A stretch of DNA of 57,646 nucleotides, the filler included, from Circinaria calcarea (lineage: Eukaryota): the NCBI GenBank assembly GCA_051942165.1. It is 3 parts of 3 records of this genome, joined end to end, with 100 filler letters (N's around TTAATTAATTAA, not from the genome) between each part and the next. Parts side by side here need not be neighbours in the genome. Positions count along the whole stretch, not along the records: positions 38,516 to 57,646 come from JAVECS010000216.1; 2 more parts are not named here. The stretch is one strand, 5' to 3'. Under the pieces are notes generated by a model. It ran no database searches, had not been told where the DNA came from, and worked only from the letters and a program-made list of their open reading frames with translations. The translations under genes and the position numbers were made by a program. Below are positions 38,516-50,812 of this stretch, piece by piece; position 1 is the first letter of the stretch, and each line of letters opens with the position of its first letter.

Positions 38516-38995
38516 GGCGGGGGGGGGGACGGAGAATAGGTTATTATGGAATGGACTAACTAGCAAAGGGGAAAAACCGGCCTCTTGGTCATTTCTCTCT
38601 ATACTTGGAATCCCCTTCACTCTATCTGGGTGGGGGATTTCGAAATAAAAAAATTAATAAAAACTTCAAAAAGGGTATCACCATGACGCTTCCCTACATA
38701 CCATAAGCCCGACCAAAGTCCCGCGTTAAGAAAAACACCAACCACCTCCTATTCCTCCTCCCTTCCCCTCCTTTCCTCTAATTTTAAAGATGCCAAGACG
38801 CCCCAAATGCCCCTGATGCCTGCATGGTCTCCCCTTGCCTCTTAGTTCTGACTGATATAGAATGGCTCCAAACGCCAATGTTCCCAAACTTCGTCGAGCG
38901 GACAGTGGTTTATGTCTTGTTTTGTAAACCCCGTCTCCTACTCCATCGACCTGGGTGTGAGATGAAGAAGCACCATCTTCCTGGGAACCAACCTT

Positions 38996-41110
38996 TCAAG
39001 TATCTCGTTTACCCTGCAGAGGCCAATGCGAAGATCTATACGCCGGATGGATCCTTTCCGTACTTATTGTTCCTAATGCATTACTGTCATAGTAATGAGT
39101 CTGTGGCGCGACCTTGGCAACATGCCGATTTTCCAACTCGGCCCGCAGCTGCGCCGTAGGTATCCTTGACAGATTAGGGCGATCCTGAAGAAAGGGGTCT
39201 GTACGGACTGTTGGCTGCATTTTCTGTTGCAAAGGCGCAACGGGAAAGTGTTCAGGCAGGATCCAATCTCCCCGAGCGTGTCCATCTCGGGGCTCTTCTT
39301 CCAGGCTGTATATGCTGCTCGAATTATCAAATACGAGGGCTCCTTCGCTCTCATCCTCTTCCTCTTGGTCCTCTTCATTTGACCGGCCATTCATCCTTTC
39401 CTGTGGTATTGAAGGCAAAGGCCCCTGACCGTTTCCACCACAACAACCACCCCACCTGAGTACGAGACTGCAGATCCTTCTTTCTCCTTTTCTGGCTTCC
39501 CACCTCTCGCTCCAATCCTTGGCCATTCCCATCCTAAGGACATCCGTCAGTTTTCCCACCACCTCCCATATCGCGTCATCTTCACCCCCTTTCATCTTGT
39601 CATGACCTTCTTTCCGGAGCTTATCAAGCCAACTTCCTACCTGGGCCAGATTCGCATGGAACGAGCTATCAGCCGGAGCGCCGCCTCTCCCAGCAGAGCG
39701 GTTATGCTTTGACAAGTGGCTTCGTAAAGATTTTGCAGAGAACTTCGAGGCTGAGTGGGAAGATGAGGCAAGCGAGAAAAGGGCAGAAAGAAGGTGCAGG
39801 TGGATTGCGGAGAGGGAAAAGATGTCGGAAGGAAGGAGAGTGGGGAGGGACACGGCGGCAAAGGTTGTGATTAGTGCACGTTTTCGGATAGTCGATGTTC
39901 CGGAGGAAGACGAAGAAGTGGTAGAGGAATGCGTTGTGGGGGCGGTAGAAGGCGCGGTGGATACCGAGGTTGCAACTGAAGATCGAGGATTATGTGAGGC
40001 GCCACTAACTGTACTTGGAGATGAAACGGAGTGTGTTGCGGCTCCCATTAGTGCCGGTGAAGGGCTTGCTGAAGATGGCAAGTCGGAATTGGGTTTACTC
40101 TTTGGAAGACGTCGCCCTGTTCGACCTCCACCGGGAAGAGTTGCACGCAAAGGATTGATTTCTTGGAGGACGGGCTTTCGCCGCCATTGCTCCGGGGAGG
40201 CGTACTCGTAGCTTTCTCTATCGTACGGTAGCGCGCTGCCCTCCAAAGCGTCCAAGGCGGCAGACTCGCCGAGGTAAATGTGATTCTGTGAATCGATGAA
40301 GATATTGGATGGTCGAATGGCTTGGTGAGCATGGCCTTGCTCGTGGAGGTATGCGATTGCGTCGGAGAGGCAGTGAATCCACTGCAAGAGTAGCCCTCGC
40401 TTTTCCGACTTGGCGAGTGATTTAAAAGACTTGGGGGGATCCTCCAAGAACGATTTCAACGTGACCTCCAAACAAGGAGTCGAAAGAACATAACCATGTA
40501 GCCCCTGGGTATATGTTGCCAATACTGTGATGAGGTGGGGATGCTTTAGGCTCATCAAGGATTTGAGATGGAGTAAGAAGTGTATTCTATCAACGCCTTG
40601 GTTTCCTTCAATGAGAACCCTCCGTCTGATACACAAACTATTGCCGATGATTACCTTTTCCACATTCTGACTCGGCAGGATTCCCGATCTCTTGGCCAAA
40701 GGCTCGACAGGTACGATTTCTTCTGCTTCGTAATCCACATGGCAACCTTCATGTAGCTCCCGGACTATGTATTTGAACTGCCGTCGATAGAATGCTTTGC
40801 CCGACGCACTTGCTTTGACGCCGGGAAGGTTCAAGTCGGCGATGGCTTCTTCGGACAGTGGCAGGTCATTGTCATCCAAGCATCCGTCGACGGCTTCGAA
40901 GATGCATTCGGGAAGTCGAATGTCTTCGAAGATAAGAAACAGTCGCTTTCCTCGGAGGAGGATCCAATCAAGATAGGTATCGTCGGTCAAACCGTCCCCA
41001 AATGCCAGGGGTCGATGCAGTTCGCCCTGCTTGCTGGTTGGCAGTCTGTCACTTATGTACTCTCGCGTCACCGTGGCCCTGATCCTCTCGTCGCTCCACC
41101 AAGCACTCAT
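38996..41110 (-). CDS. Protein kinase-fold protein, probable pseudokinase
   Basis: Intronless ORF, likely start MSAWWSDERIRATVT. It contains LKHPHLITVLATY, CLSDAIAYLHEQGHAHQAIRPSNIFID, YEYASPEQW and SDIFSL. The ORF is open up to 41236. Confidence 0.8.
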   Translation of the reverse strand: MSAWWSDERIRATVTREYISDRLPTSKQGELHRPLAFGDGLTDDTYLDWILLRGKRLFLIFEDIRLPECIFEAVDGCLDDNDLPLSEEAIADLNLPGVKASASGKAFYRRQFKYIVRELHEGCHVDYEAEEIVPVEPLAKRSGILPSQNVEKVIIGNSLCIRRRVLIEGNQGVDRIHFLLHLKSLMSLKHPHLITVLATYTQGLHGYVLSTPCLEVTLKSFLEDPPKSFKSLAKSEKRGLLLQWIHCLSDAIAYLHEQGHAHQAIRPSNIFIDSQNHIYLGESAALDALEGSALPYDRESYEYASPEQWRRKPVLQEINPLRATLPGGGRTGRRLPKSKPNSDLPSSASPSPALMGAATHSVSSPSTVSGASHNPRSSVATSVSTAPSTAPTTHSSTTSSSSSGTSTIRKRALITTFAAVSLPTLLPSDIFSLSAIHLHLLSALFSLASSSHSASKFSAKSLRSHLSKHNRSAGRGGAPADSSFHANLAQVGSWLDKLRKEGHDKMKGGEDDAIWEVVGKLTDVLRMGMAKDWSERWEARKGERRICSLVLRWGGCCGGNGQGPLPSIPQERMNGRSNEEDQEEEDESEGALVFDNSSSIYSLEEEPRDGHARGDWILPEHFPVAPLQQKMQPTVRTDPFLQDRPNLSRIPTAQLRAELENRHVAKVAPQTHYYDSNALGTISTERIHPAYRSSHWPLQGKRDT

Positions 41111-43265
41111 CGTTGCAGACCAGAACAATCCAAAGCATTTCAGGGGCAAGAGGGATCCGTATGCATTCCGGACGGAAGCGGTAATGGCAGCGGTCTCCGT
41201 ACGATATGGCAAGTCACCTTGTCGGCTTAGTTGCAACTTCTAATCCGGGTCGTCACTGTCGAGCCTGAGGGCAAGATGGAGCTTGGGAGAGATGCGGGCA
41301 CGAGGAAGTGCTGGACCCATGCTGGCGCCTTCTCGGCACTGTCAATGTAAATCGAGATAGAGGGCATGCCGGACGATACGGATACTGGGGAAGGTAGGTA
41401 AGTAAGGTAGTCGGTATTGGCTGCACACAACATTTGACAGAAGGAGAGCAAGGGAGGTGCATGCTGAGCCGTGGTCTGGGTAGTAGTCAGCCGGCTGGCC
41501 CCGCTTGATAGGCAGTGCCGACATCGAGGCTGCGTATCGCATTGCTACGTCGTAGTTCCTTCAGTGGCGTGGAAAGGGCAAAATGCTTGAGTGAGCCTTG
41601 TGTGAAAGCGGGCAAGGCTAGCCTCGACTAGCCTCTTTGGTCCCAGCTCCCACTGCGAATCCCACACCCTTTCTCACCTTCTGCAAGGATACCCGGTTGC
41701 ACATAATCACAGCGCGACTCCAGTCTCCCAGGAGAAACTGGAGAAAAGGAATCGAGTTTGGGATTATCGTCGTCCAGGGGAGATTTGATGGGTGGGGGTC
41801 CCCAAATAAACGATAACACATGATTCTGCAAGATAAGTAGAACAACTGCCTTTATGTAATTGGAATATGAACGAGGCCCCCCATTACCTTCCCCAGTACA
41901 AAGTGCCACCGCGCCTTCGGTTTAACCGGCGGGGTCAGACGGGACTGTCAAATGTGTCGGGATGGCGCAGGCTTCGCACGTTACGCAGCAGCCAGTCAGT
42001 CATGCATGCCCAATGGCGCCAATTCCCCGATTCTTCGATGGTCGTCTCAATATTCGCGCGGTCCAACCTCGTGGATGCCGAGATGACTTGTAGGATTTGG
42101 TGTGGGTGTTGGGAATCAATCATGAGTGGAGGCGGACTCATAATCCATCCGGATGGTCCCGAGTGGGGTACCGAATCATGGCTGTCGCATTACCTGGGTC
42201 GATATTGGGATGGGACATTTCGACGTCGAAGGCACCATAGATAAATAGTGTGGGCGCACCGAATGCAGTCTCAACGATATTATACTTTCCGATAGTGGTC
42301 ACCTCGATGGGCTGTCGACTTCCGGGGGTAAGATACACAAGAACTGATTTGGGATCGATCAGGATTGAAGCCATTCAAACGTATTGAGAGGTTGTTTGCT
42401 ACGTCGTCTCGACTCTTAAGAGCAAGCCAATCGCACCGCCGATCTAATCATAACATCCCATCGGTCTAGATGTGAGATGAGCCCTACGGGAACAGACATG
42501 AGGCGCGATCGAGCTAAGAAGTCGACTGACAAGGCGTTTGCTGCTGGAAATAAGCCGGAGCGGGGTCTCCGATTCATATACGTATCCAAGGTCTTGATTG
42601 TGTTCTACAGATGTTTCATTTTGAGGAAATTACCATTTGTAGGTTGCGTGCAGGATGCTTCTCATACTACTCCTACACTACCTCTAATCGCCAGTCGGCT
42701 TTAGCACGCTACCTCCGAACAGGTATAATACCATCCATCAATGAGATAGATGCATCTACCTCAGCGTGCGAGGGGTTTGAGGTGCACGACCTTGTAGGGC
42801 TAATCTTTTGCTGTCGTTCCTCTCTCCCCTGACCCCTATTGACCGCCACGTGCGTAATGGCTGTTAGCATCCACACCCACCCTAACAGCATATTATCATG
42901 AGTAAGCTAGCGCGTTTTGAATAAGGATGGCAGAAAGGCCCCGATGGCGTTATTGGTGTATTTGATTATCTCGATTATCTCTGCAAGATGGTGCTTTAAA
43001 GACATCAACGCAAGATTGGCAAAAACTGAAAGGGTGTGCACTCTAGATTTGCCCCGCGTACAGTTGCTGCCAGAACTCCAAGCCACTCCTCACCTTCCCC
43101 ATCGGTTTCCTCCAATAGCCCAATAATCCAGGGTCCCTTGTATCCTTCTATGCAGTATAGGTATGTAATTGGCCCTCCTGGCATGGTATCATGGAGAAAG
43201 TCAACCATAACGCCTCCAAAGTGGACCACTAAAGACTCAAACTTCCCACCTGTTGTCGGTGATAT

Positions 43266-44311
43266 TCAGGTCGACAACGACCTAGCCCTTGATGACGCAG
43301 GGTAAAATTTGGGGTCGGATTCTGACCTCGTGGCTCTGGCCGCATCCGCTAGAAGGGTCGTCCAGCATCCGATGACAATTTTTTCCATCCAGCTTTGCTC
43401 TCCCTGAGGTTGTGTCATTTGCCGCTTCAGTGAAGAACGGCGCTGCATGCTTGGGCTGTCGATATGCTCATGGTAAGGGGTGAAGCAAGCGGCTGGTGTC
43501 ATTCTCTGGTTCGGCTCACCGTCAGCTGACACGACCTCGCTGAGTTCGCAACATTGCGTAATCAGTTGCTGTATCCCGATCTCCAGGTGGGCGGCTCTTT
43601 CTTCCATGTGCTTTGAATACGCAGGACCCCAGAATGGATCTTCATCAAGAGCCCGCCGTAACGAGGAGCGCCAGAAGTCGAATAGGGGGAGCTTACGTCC
43701 GGCCTTAGGCTTTCGTAGGGATCGGGACAAGCGGCAAGCCACGAGGACGAGTCTGATCGTAGGCTCCGATTGAAGGACGTAGCTCACAACACAAGCTGGT
43801 CGAAGATTAGATTCTTCTTCGAGTTTATATAGTCAAGGACATACCAGGGCAGCCACGAGTCGAGCACCAATCCTCTTCCTCGGCAATCACACATTGCAGC
43901 CACGAAAACGCTCCTCGTGCTTCCCCTCTAAAGGCCAGCTCGAGATCGAAGATATTTCGCGTGCACAAGAAGGACTCTGCCAATTGCAACGCTTGTCGAT
44001 GAATCTGTAATACAGGCAGGATCAGAGCGTGGGTGATGTCACGATGAAGGAGCCACGATTCCTTATCGGCTTGACTCGACGGTATATGATTCTCGCAGAA
44101 GCTGTCAAACTGCATGTCAATTTCTGCGTCTTGCAGCAGAGAGAAAGGCTTACGACGACTCTTGCTGGTTTGCAAGCAGCTTTCGAATGATCCGGAATCC
44201 ATCGGACGACTCCAGCTTCGCGCCATCTTCCTTCTTCAGAGAAAACGGAGAGCTCCGCTCATGATTGTGAGACTGTGCCATTGGATAGGAGACCGAGCGG
44301 CCGAATGGCAT
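43266..44311 (-). CDS. Fungal hypothetical protein (3 exons)
   Basis: Two GT-AG introns join ORFs 44150-44311, 43825-44226 and 43266-43787 in frame. It contains ELAFRGEARGAFSWLQC..EEEDWCSTRGCPACVV (CxxC-like cluster) and EDPFWGP. Confidence 0.7.
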
Positions 44312-45518
44312 TCTCCCAACGGGAGTATCTTCAGACATGAATGTAAAGCTGCCTTCGTTACAGAAAACCGAAGGAGTTGAAACTGCCAGGAGGTTGAGAT
44401 GTTGATACTTAAGTTGGATCCATTGCCCTCCCCAAGCCAGATTGAGCAATCATCGCACGACTGGTTTCTGGTTCGAGCCTGCATGTGGGCCGATCCATAG
44501 TAGGGAGGATAGGAACAGATAGCCGTAGAGTAGTCCAGACGCATTCCATTGCTCTATTGCCTGCCAATGATACTCGTGCATCCCTTGCCATTGAACCTGG
44601 AGTGATGTGGAGATTTGGCCCCGAAGAGATAAGCCTAATGGATTCATTGTGACGCCATGTTCGCTTTGGGATGGTCGATCTCTGACCCAATATGGAAAGG
44701 CGGCAGACTAGAATAGATTCGAGGCCGAAAGTAAAAAATCACCGCCACACTTGTGTTATGCTCGGAGAATGTTAGGCAGGCGCGGAATAACTATACTCCT
44801 AGCAAATCCATACCCTGCTCCGGAGGGAGCCCAGTCTAGCTTTACGTTAGCTCCATTGTACTTCCACAACGGAGCTATGTTATATGAATGGGACCACTTC
44901 TGACCAATACGGAGGTCTTCCCACATCAGGCTTAAGGTGTCGGTGCCGGCCTTCCGTACATAACACACCTCTTACAGCATTTTGCTAAACCTCCCAACTC
45001 CGGTTTACTTAGTATCTTCAACCCTAGTTAGTTTGATCACTTTACATGGCAATTTACATAGAATTATAATGTGTAGTTGTTATGCCAGTCCTCCAATACG
45101 AGCGCGACGGTGGTGGATCGACGGCGTCATGATTTGTTTACTGGATTCGTGGTACGCGCTTGGTAGATTTGCATAGAAATTTCTATGGGGGAATACTTAA
45201 GCGGGCCCATTACTAAGTAAACCGGGTTGTGGCGGTGACTTTTTACACCCCGCCTCGATTTAAAGCAAAGGCTCATAAAGTTAAAATCTCTCACTTCGTC
45301 GTCTCGGCATCTGAAAAACGTTGTACAGTACAACCATACTCGGTATACTCCGTAGAAGGCAAAGATAACTAACGACCCTCGGACTAAATAAGTTTCGGAA
45401 CAATAGCACTACATCTTGAAATGAGCACATATTTACGTATGCCTCCCTCTCACAAGCATCACGGAACAGTTTCCCAGCTGATTTTCCCTTGTGTTAGTTG
45501 CAGTTGTCCTAGTACCTA

Positions 45519-45711
45519 TCCCTTAGATGGTTGCTCATACGGACAGAACCGTGCACGGTACAGGGGGTTTCGGCCACTAATAGAACCCTAATTCTGGCCA
45601 ATCAGCGGAGAAGAAATGCCCATTTACACAGTAATTTGTGCAGGGAAACTAAAAACCCCCCTACTAGTATAGCGTGCACGGTTCTGTCCGTATGAGCAAC
45701 CATCTAAGGGA
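45519..45711. mobile_element. MITE (about 193 bp) with perfect TIRs
   Basis: 45517-45557 TATCCCTTAGATGGTTGCTCATACGGACAGAACCGTGCACG is the exact reverse complement of 45673-45713. The outer TA is read as a TSD. Confidence 0.87.
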
Positions 45712-46149
45712 TACTGGATTCAAGAGTACTCCAATCACCAGGGGTATTATGTCACGTGGCTTTGTGGATCTCTAAACTGAAGAGGCGACACGACCGATTG
45801 CTGTACTTTTCACGGCTTTGTTAAGGCTCTGTTTACTAGCCGTTTATGAAGAGCTCCGATTGCCATATGGTTGTGTAAAGCCTTCAAAGGGGTATATGAT
45901 GAGATAGACACAGAAGTTTTGTCTCAGGCTGTGCGAATCTTTCTACTTCACAGTCTCATCATTCAACAGTTCCATCAGTATTCCCTTCTGCTGTGTTGGC
46001 CACGCCATTGCATCTTGGGGATAGAGGCGTCTGTGATGAGATCAGGCATAAGATCCAACAGCTTTAGCTCCGTGCTTGTTGGACTTTCTAAGTCTTTCAG
46101 CTTCTACAGGTTCTCTGTTTCCTGGGAAGGAACTCGTCAATGATGTCCA

Positions 46150-46817
46150 ATCATGAATCATCTGACTCCAGCTCCTTTCAGCTCCTTTTGCAGTGATCCG
46201 CGTAACTTCTTCGCAACTCTAAACCCAAACCTTCCGCAGCCAGCTCCCTTTCCCTCAGCCCAGCAGGTTAAACAGGATGCACACAAGCAATTATAAGAAT
46301 GTCACAGATTAGGCGACTCTACACGAGATCTTGCACGTATATCAAAAGGTGTTACGGAAGCGATGGACGAAGAAAACAAAAGAACAGCGCAAGAAGATTC
46401 TACTCGGGGGCTCTCCCGGATATGCTCCATACACATCGTTCTGACCTTCAAGCATTCCAGAGAGAGTTAAGTCAACGAGAGAAGTAAATTCAGAGATGCT
46501 TACCTACGGCCCTATATCAAAATCGAGGACCTGATCAAGGGGAGATCAATACTCTTCCTTTGATTAATGCGTGTGGACTCCACCTTCCAGCTGCGTTCAC
46601 ACAGGCGGATTGCGAAGCGTCCCGTCTAGGCACGACGAGTCTTGGGATCCTTTCAGCTTTCCCCAACGAGCATACTATGGTCCTGCGTAGACAGATCACA
46701 CCAGAAATTTACGGTCAACTCATTGCTTGGGATGCTAACAAAGTGGATTTTATGAATTCATTGCCAGGGCTCGCAGAACTTCTCAAGGATAATGAAGTAT
46801 TACACTTGCAAATGTAG
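46150..46817 (+). pseudogene. Frameshifted, truncated relic of a fungal hypothetical-protein gene
   Basis: Protein-like blocks switch frames: ATLHEILHVYQKVLRKRWTKKTKEQRKKILL, PDMLHTHRSDLQAFQRE, DAYLRPYIKIEDLIKGRSIL and LINACGLHLPAAFTQAD. Stops and frameshifts lie between them with no clean introns. Confidence 0.65.
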
Positions 46818-48351
46818 AAACACCTTCAGATGGAAGATTCAACTATCATTTTTAACCGCCTGAACCGTACCGTACGTATAGATAGATTAGGGATATGTTT
46901 GAACTAGCATAAACATATGTTGCTGCTTTACTTTCCTGTCCTCCTTGTGCTGTCCTTGGACTACTTGTGCTTTGGCAGGTACTAGCATATGGTCTATCCA
47001 GCTAGAAATGAAACGAAGCATTGTTTTGCGTGCAATGCTTGCAGCTGAAGTCATATCTCAACATACCTGAGTCCGTTGTGTGTTGCTAAGGTTGTAAGAG
47101 ACACCGGAGGGACAGTTGTGCGACAGAAACAATCTACACTTATACCGCATTATCGCTTAATACTACGAGCTTGCCAAAGGTATGTAGGATTCTAAGTTCG
47201 AGAAACGTGACGGTTAGCGACGGGCGGTCGCCATCGCTCACTCAGTTCAGACATCCATTTGGTGGGCTGGAAGTATTTTGATTACTGGCACTCGTATTCA
47301 TTGACGCTCTGTACTATCTATGCCGTAACTGCTGAACACTCAAGAGGCTCGGCAGAGTACAGCATCTCGCCGCTTCGCTCCGTCTTTCCCAATTGGGAGG
47401 CATTGTAAAATTAAGCTTAAATGCAGAAATGACGGAGGTTACGGCGATTGGCCCTCTTGCAGCTGATTACTGGCTAGACCGCGAACTTGCATTCGGCGCT
47501 CGCGATCATCTGGCATCGTCAAGAGCAGACTGCAGATTCGAAGCTGCATGGCGCAAACTCATGTTCCCGTACTCGGTATCGCCATTCCAAGGAATCCGTC
47601 CCATTGATTTGTGCGACTCAGCAGCAATGTCAGCTACTGGATTTTATAGGGAATCCACTACACTAATGCCGGCTAGTTAACTCTCAAAGTTGAGCATCAT
47701 CCACTCATCTCGCGGTAACGGAGGAAAGGTCGCTTCTCATCCCAGGTGATTTCTGTGTCTGGTGAGCTAGATTACGTACGTACCTGGTGCTTATCTGCTT
47801 CATGATGCGGGTGGTCCTCCACGTCAAAACCCCACGGTCAAATGTATAGATGAGCGGTATCAAAGAGACACAGCTCTGTTGGTATATCAGATGCCTCTTT
47901 TCATCTTCATTCCGCTCTCTTCACTGGCAAATCCACCACTCGGACGGCTTTGCGTTGGTGTTGACTGCCCGACTTCCCATTTCAAGCGATCCCTAGTTGA
48001 AATCAACTTCGTTGCCAAGGTGGCACCGAAATTGAGCTTCTGGGCAGAGCGGAGCATGTGGCCTAGGGAGATGGCTCCGTGAATAGTCAAGCTCCCCTTC
48101 CCTGTTCGCACTATCGGAGGTCTGTGTATTTCCCCCCAAAAGCTCAGAGGCTGCTGCAGGGCTTACGTGGGTCGCGGGATCAACCTTGCCTCAGTAAGAT
48201 TCTGAATGTCCTTGGCCGCTCAATGCTGACCGCGCCGAGTATTGATTTCGTGTCAAAAATTTGCATATGCCAAGGTGCTCTCACAGGCATATATAGTGTA
48301 TCGGTAGCTCATTGTCTATGGCTAGATCTGCCTTTCATTCCGTCCTTACTG

Positions 48352-50018
48352 ATGATGAAGCTCATTAATATACTCACATTTTTGGTGTCTCTGTCTTCTG
48401 TACCTAGCAGTGTCACCGCAGCACCAGGTAGAGTAAAGCACTTTATATCGGATTCGACATCCTGTCTAGAATCCCGGTTTACCTCTCGCTCTACATCCCA
48501 ATCTACCCCCGATATCACTTCTAAGTCCAATTTCCCCAGGAAAACTAAGCGTCATTCAACGACGGCTCCCCCTACCCCTACTTTCTCATGCATCACTGAA
48601 TCAACAGACACTTCTACCCCATGCATCTCTACCCAATGTACCTCTGCCCCAAGCACCACTGAACCAAGCACCACTGGACCAAGCATCACTGAACCAAGCA
48701 CCACTGAACCAAGCACTACTGAACCAATAGAGACTTCTACCTTATGGACCACTGAATCAATAGAGCCGACAGCAACCTGTGTTCCCTATGTTGACGGTCG
48801 ACTCTTCAACATTAATGGAAAAGCTCGGTACTTTGCTGGTAATGTAGAAGCCGGGCGGACGCAACCAACATATGCTAACACCTCTGAAAGGGACTAACAC
48901 GTGGTGGTTGGGACATCTATTCGAGGATACTGAGGTTGAAAATTCACTTTCCGAGATAACCGCTGTAAGAATCTGAATCAAAGGGATTTGAAGGCTATCC
49001 CTACTGACATATAAAGACTGATATCTTGGTTACCCGTGTCTGGGCTTTCGGAAACGTCAATGATCCCACCGGAAAGGAGGGGGTGATATATTTCCAGATT
49101 CTGAATGAAACCCTTTCCGAAAACGGCACGCTGATCAATTACAGTCCTGCTAATGGTATGCTCAGAAAGCCTCCTTTGCAATAGCCCTACTAAATCTACA
49201 TGCCAGGTATTGCCCGTCTAGATTCGGCAGTAGCGAACGCCGAAAAGTATGGCGTGAAACTCGTACTTACATTGCTCAATAATTGGGACGATCTTGGAGG
49301 CATCAATACTTACACCAACGCGTTCGGAGGCAACGCGACCAGCTTCTATACCGATGCAAAGTCTCAAGCGGCATACAGAACCTATATCGAGTTCATAGTC
49401 AATCGCTACAAGTCGTCCTGCGCAATCTTCGCCTGGGAGCTCTGCAACGAGCCTCGCTGTAGAACATGTGACACGTCAGTTATCTACAATTGGGCCTCCG
49501 AGACTAGTGCCTTTATCAAATCGTTGGATCCGGTCCACATGGTCACGTTAGGGGATGAAGGGTGGTTCGCCCCTCCCGAAGGTGACGGATCGTATGCATA
49601 CTCTGGCTATGAAGGAGTAGACTTTATCAAGAACCTTGCTATTCCCACACTCGATTACGGCACCTTCCACCTGTACCCTTCATCGTGGGATTACAACCTC
49701 ACATGGGGTAATGAGTGGATCAAGCAGCACGACTCCGCTGGTGAGGCTGCCGGCAAGCCTGTGGTCCTAGAAGAATATGGCTCGCCGTACGAGGACAATT
49801 ATACGGCCGTGATGCTTCAATGGCAGGAGACAGTTGTCCGTGACACCAGCGTAGCGTACGACTCGTTCTGGCAATTCGCGACCAATTCACCTAGTGTCAT
49901 CAGGGCGGTGGATGATTACGCACTGTTTTTCAATACCACGGTCGGTAGTGACTACGAAGTGCTGGCGATCCAGCATGCTCAGGATATGTTGGACAAATCT
50001 CCAATGGCTGATCTGTAA
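48352..50018 (+). CDS. Secreted GH5 endo-beta-1,4-mannanase (GH5_7-like) with N-terminal Ser/Thr-rich region
   Basis: Signal peptide, [32 protein letters not shown], acid/base [26 protein letters not shown] and nucleophile VLEEYG. Three introns. Confidence 0.92.
48649..48726 (+). repeat. Coding minisatellite, 15 bp x about 5 (PSTTE)
   Basis: CCAAGCACCACTGAA repeats encode [25 protein letters not shown]. Confidence 0.9.
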
Positions 50019-50812
50019 TGACATACTCAGTGTCATCACTTGTACATAAGGTATCCCTACTGTTTAAATTTCCGGATTCTAAGCGAGCCGACAAGGGTGT
50101 TGTTGATTAGGTATCTCTGCTAGGACTGGCATCCATTGTACTAAGTATTGATTTTCAACGGTGACCAAGTATCTCGATCGAAAGACCTGGTAGGAATAGC
50201 AAAACTGTTGGAATTACCTCAACTACCACAAGTGGAGAGTTGGATATGAAGTCATTGGTTTACTTTGAATGCCAAGTCTCCCCACGTCCGCGTCCGGTTA
50301 AATTCCGTTCCCACTTCCCCAGATCCATGTTTAATGGCCAATCAGCAAGCTCAACCGCAGGACCCTATTTTAGCAGCCACGAAGCTTGGCGCTACTTATC
50401 TGCTATCACACCGGGCACTTTACCCTGAACGGATTGGTGCCGGCCGTTTACCTGCATGGATCTTGTTTGAGATATTATTATGGGCCTTAAGCTGGGAAGT
50501 TTCCCGAGGGTCCTTCTTGCTTTCCTTCACGACTCTTCTCATGTTAGATTTGGATGATGGAGTATCATCTGTAGCGGAAGGAAGGAAGGCCCTTGTGGCA
50601 CTACAAAATCACCTTCATTTGGATCCATGAGTTGTACCTTGAGCACAAAGCATTTCACAATCTCCCAACAAACACCAACGAAGCATTCTCTACTCGGACT
50701 GTCAGCTCGCAACTCTTCACATTCGCTCATAGCAACAGTAAACGTTTCAATTGTCCTCAGCTTAATCGTTCGTGCATAATAGGAGTAAACCGTAACGGCC
50801 TTGCAAACAAAA

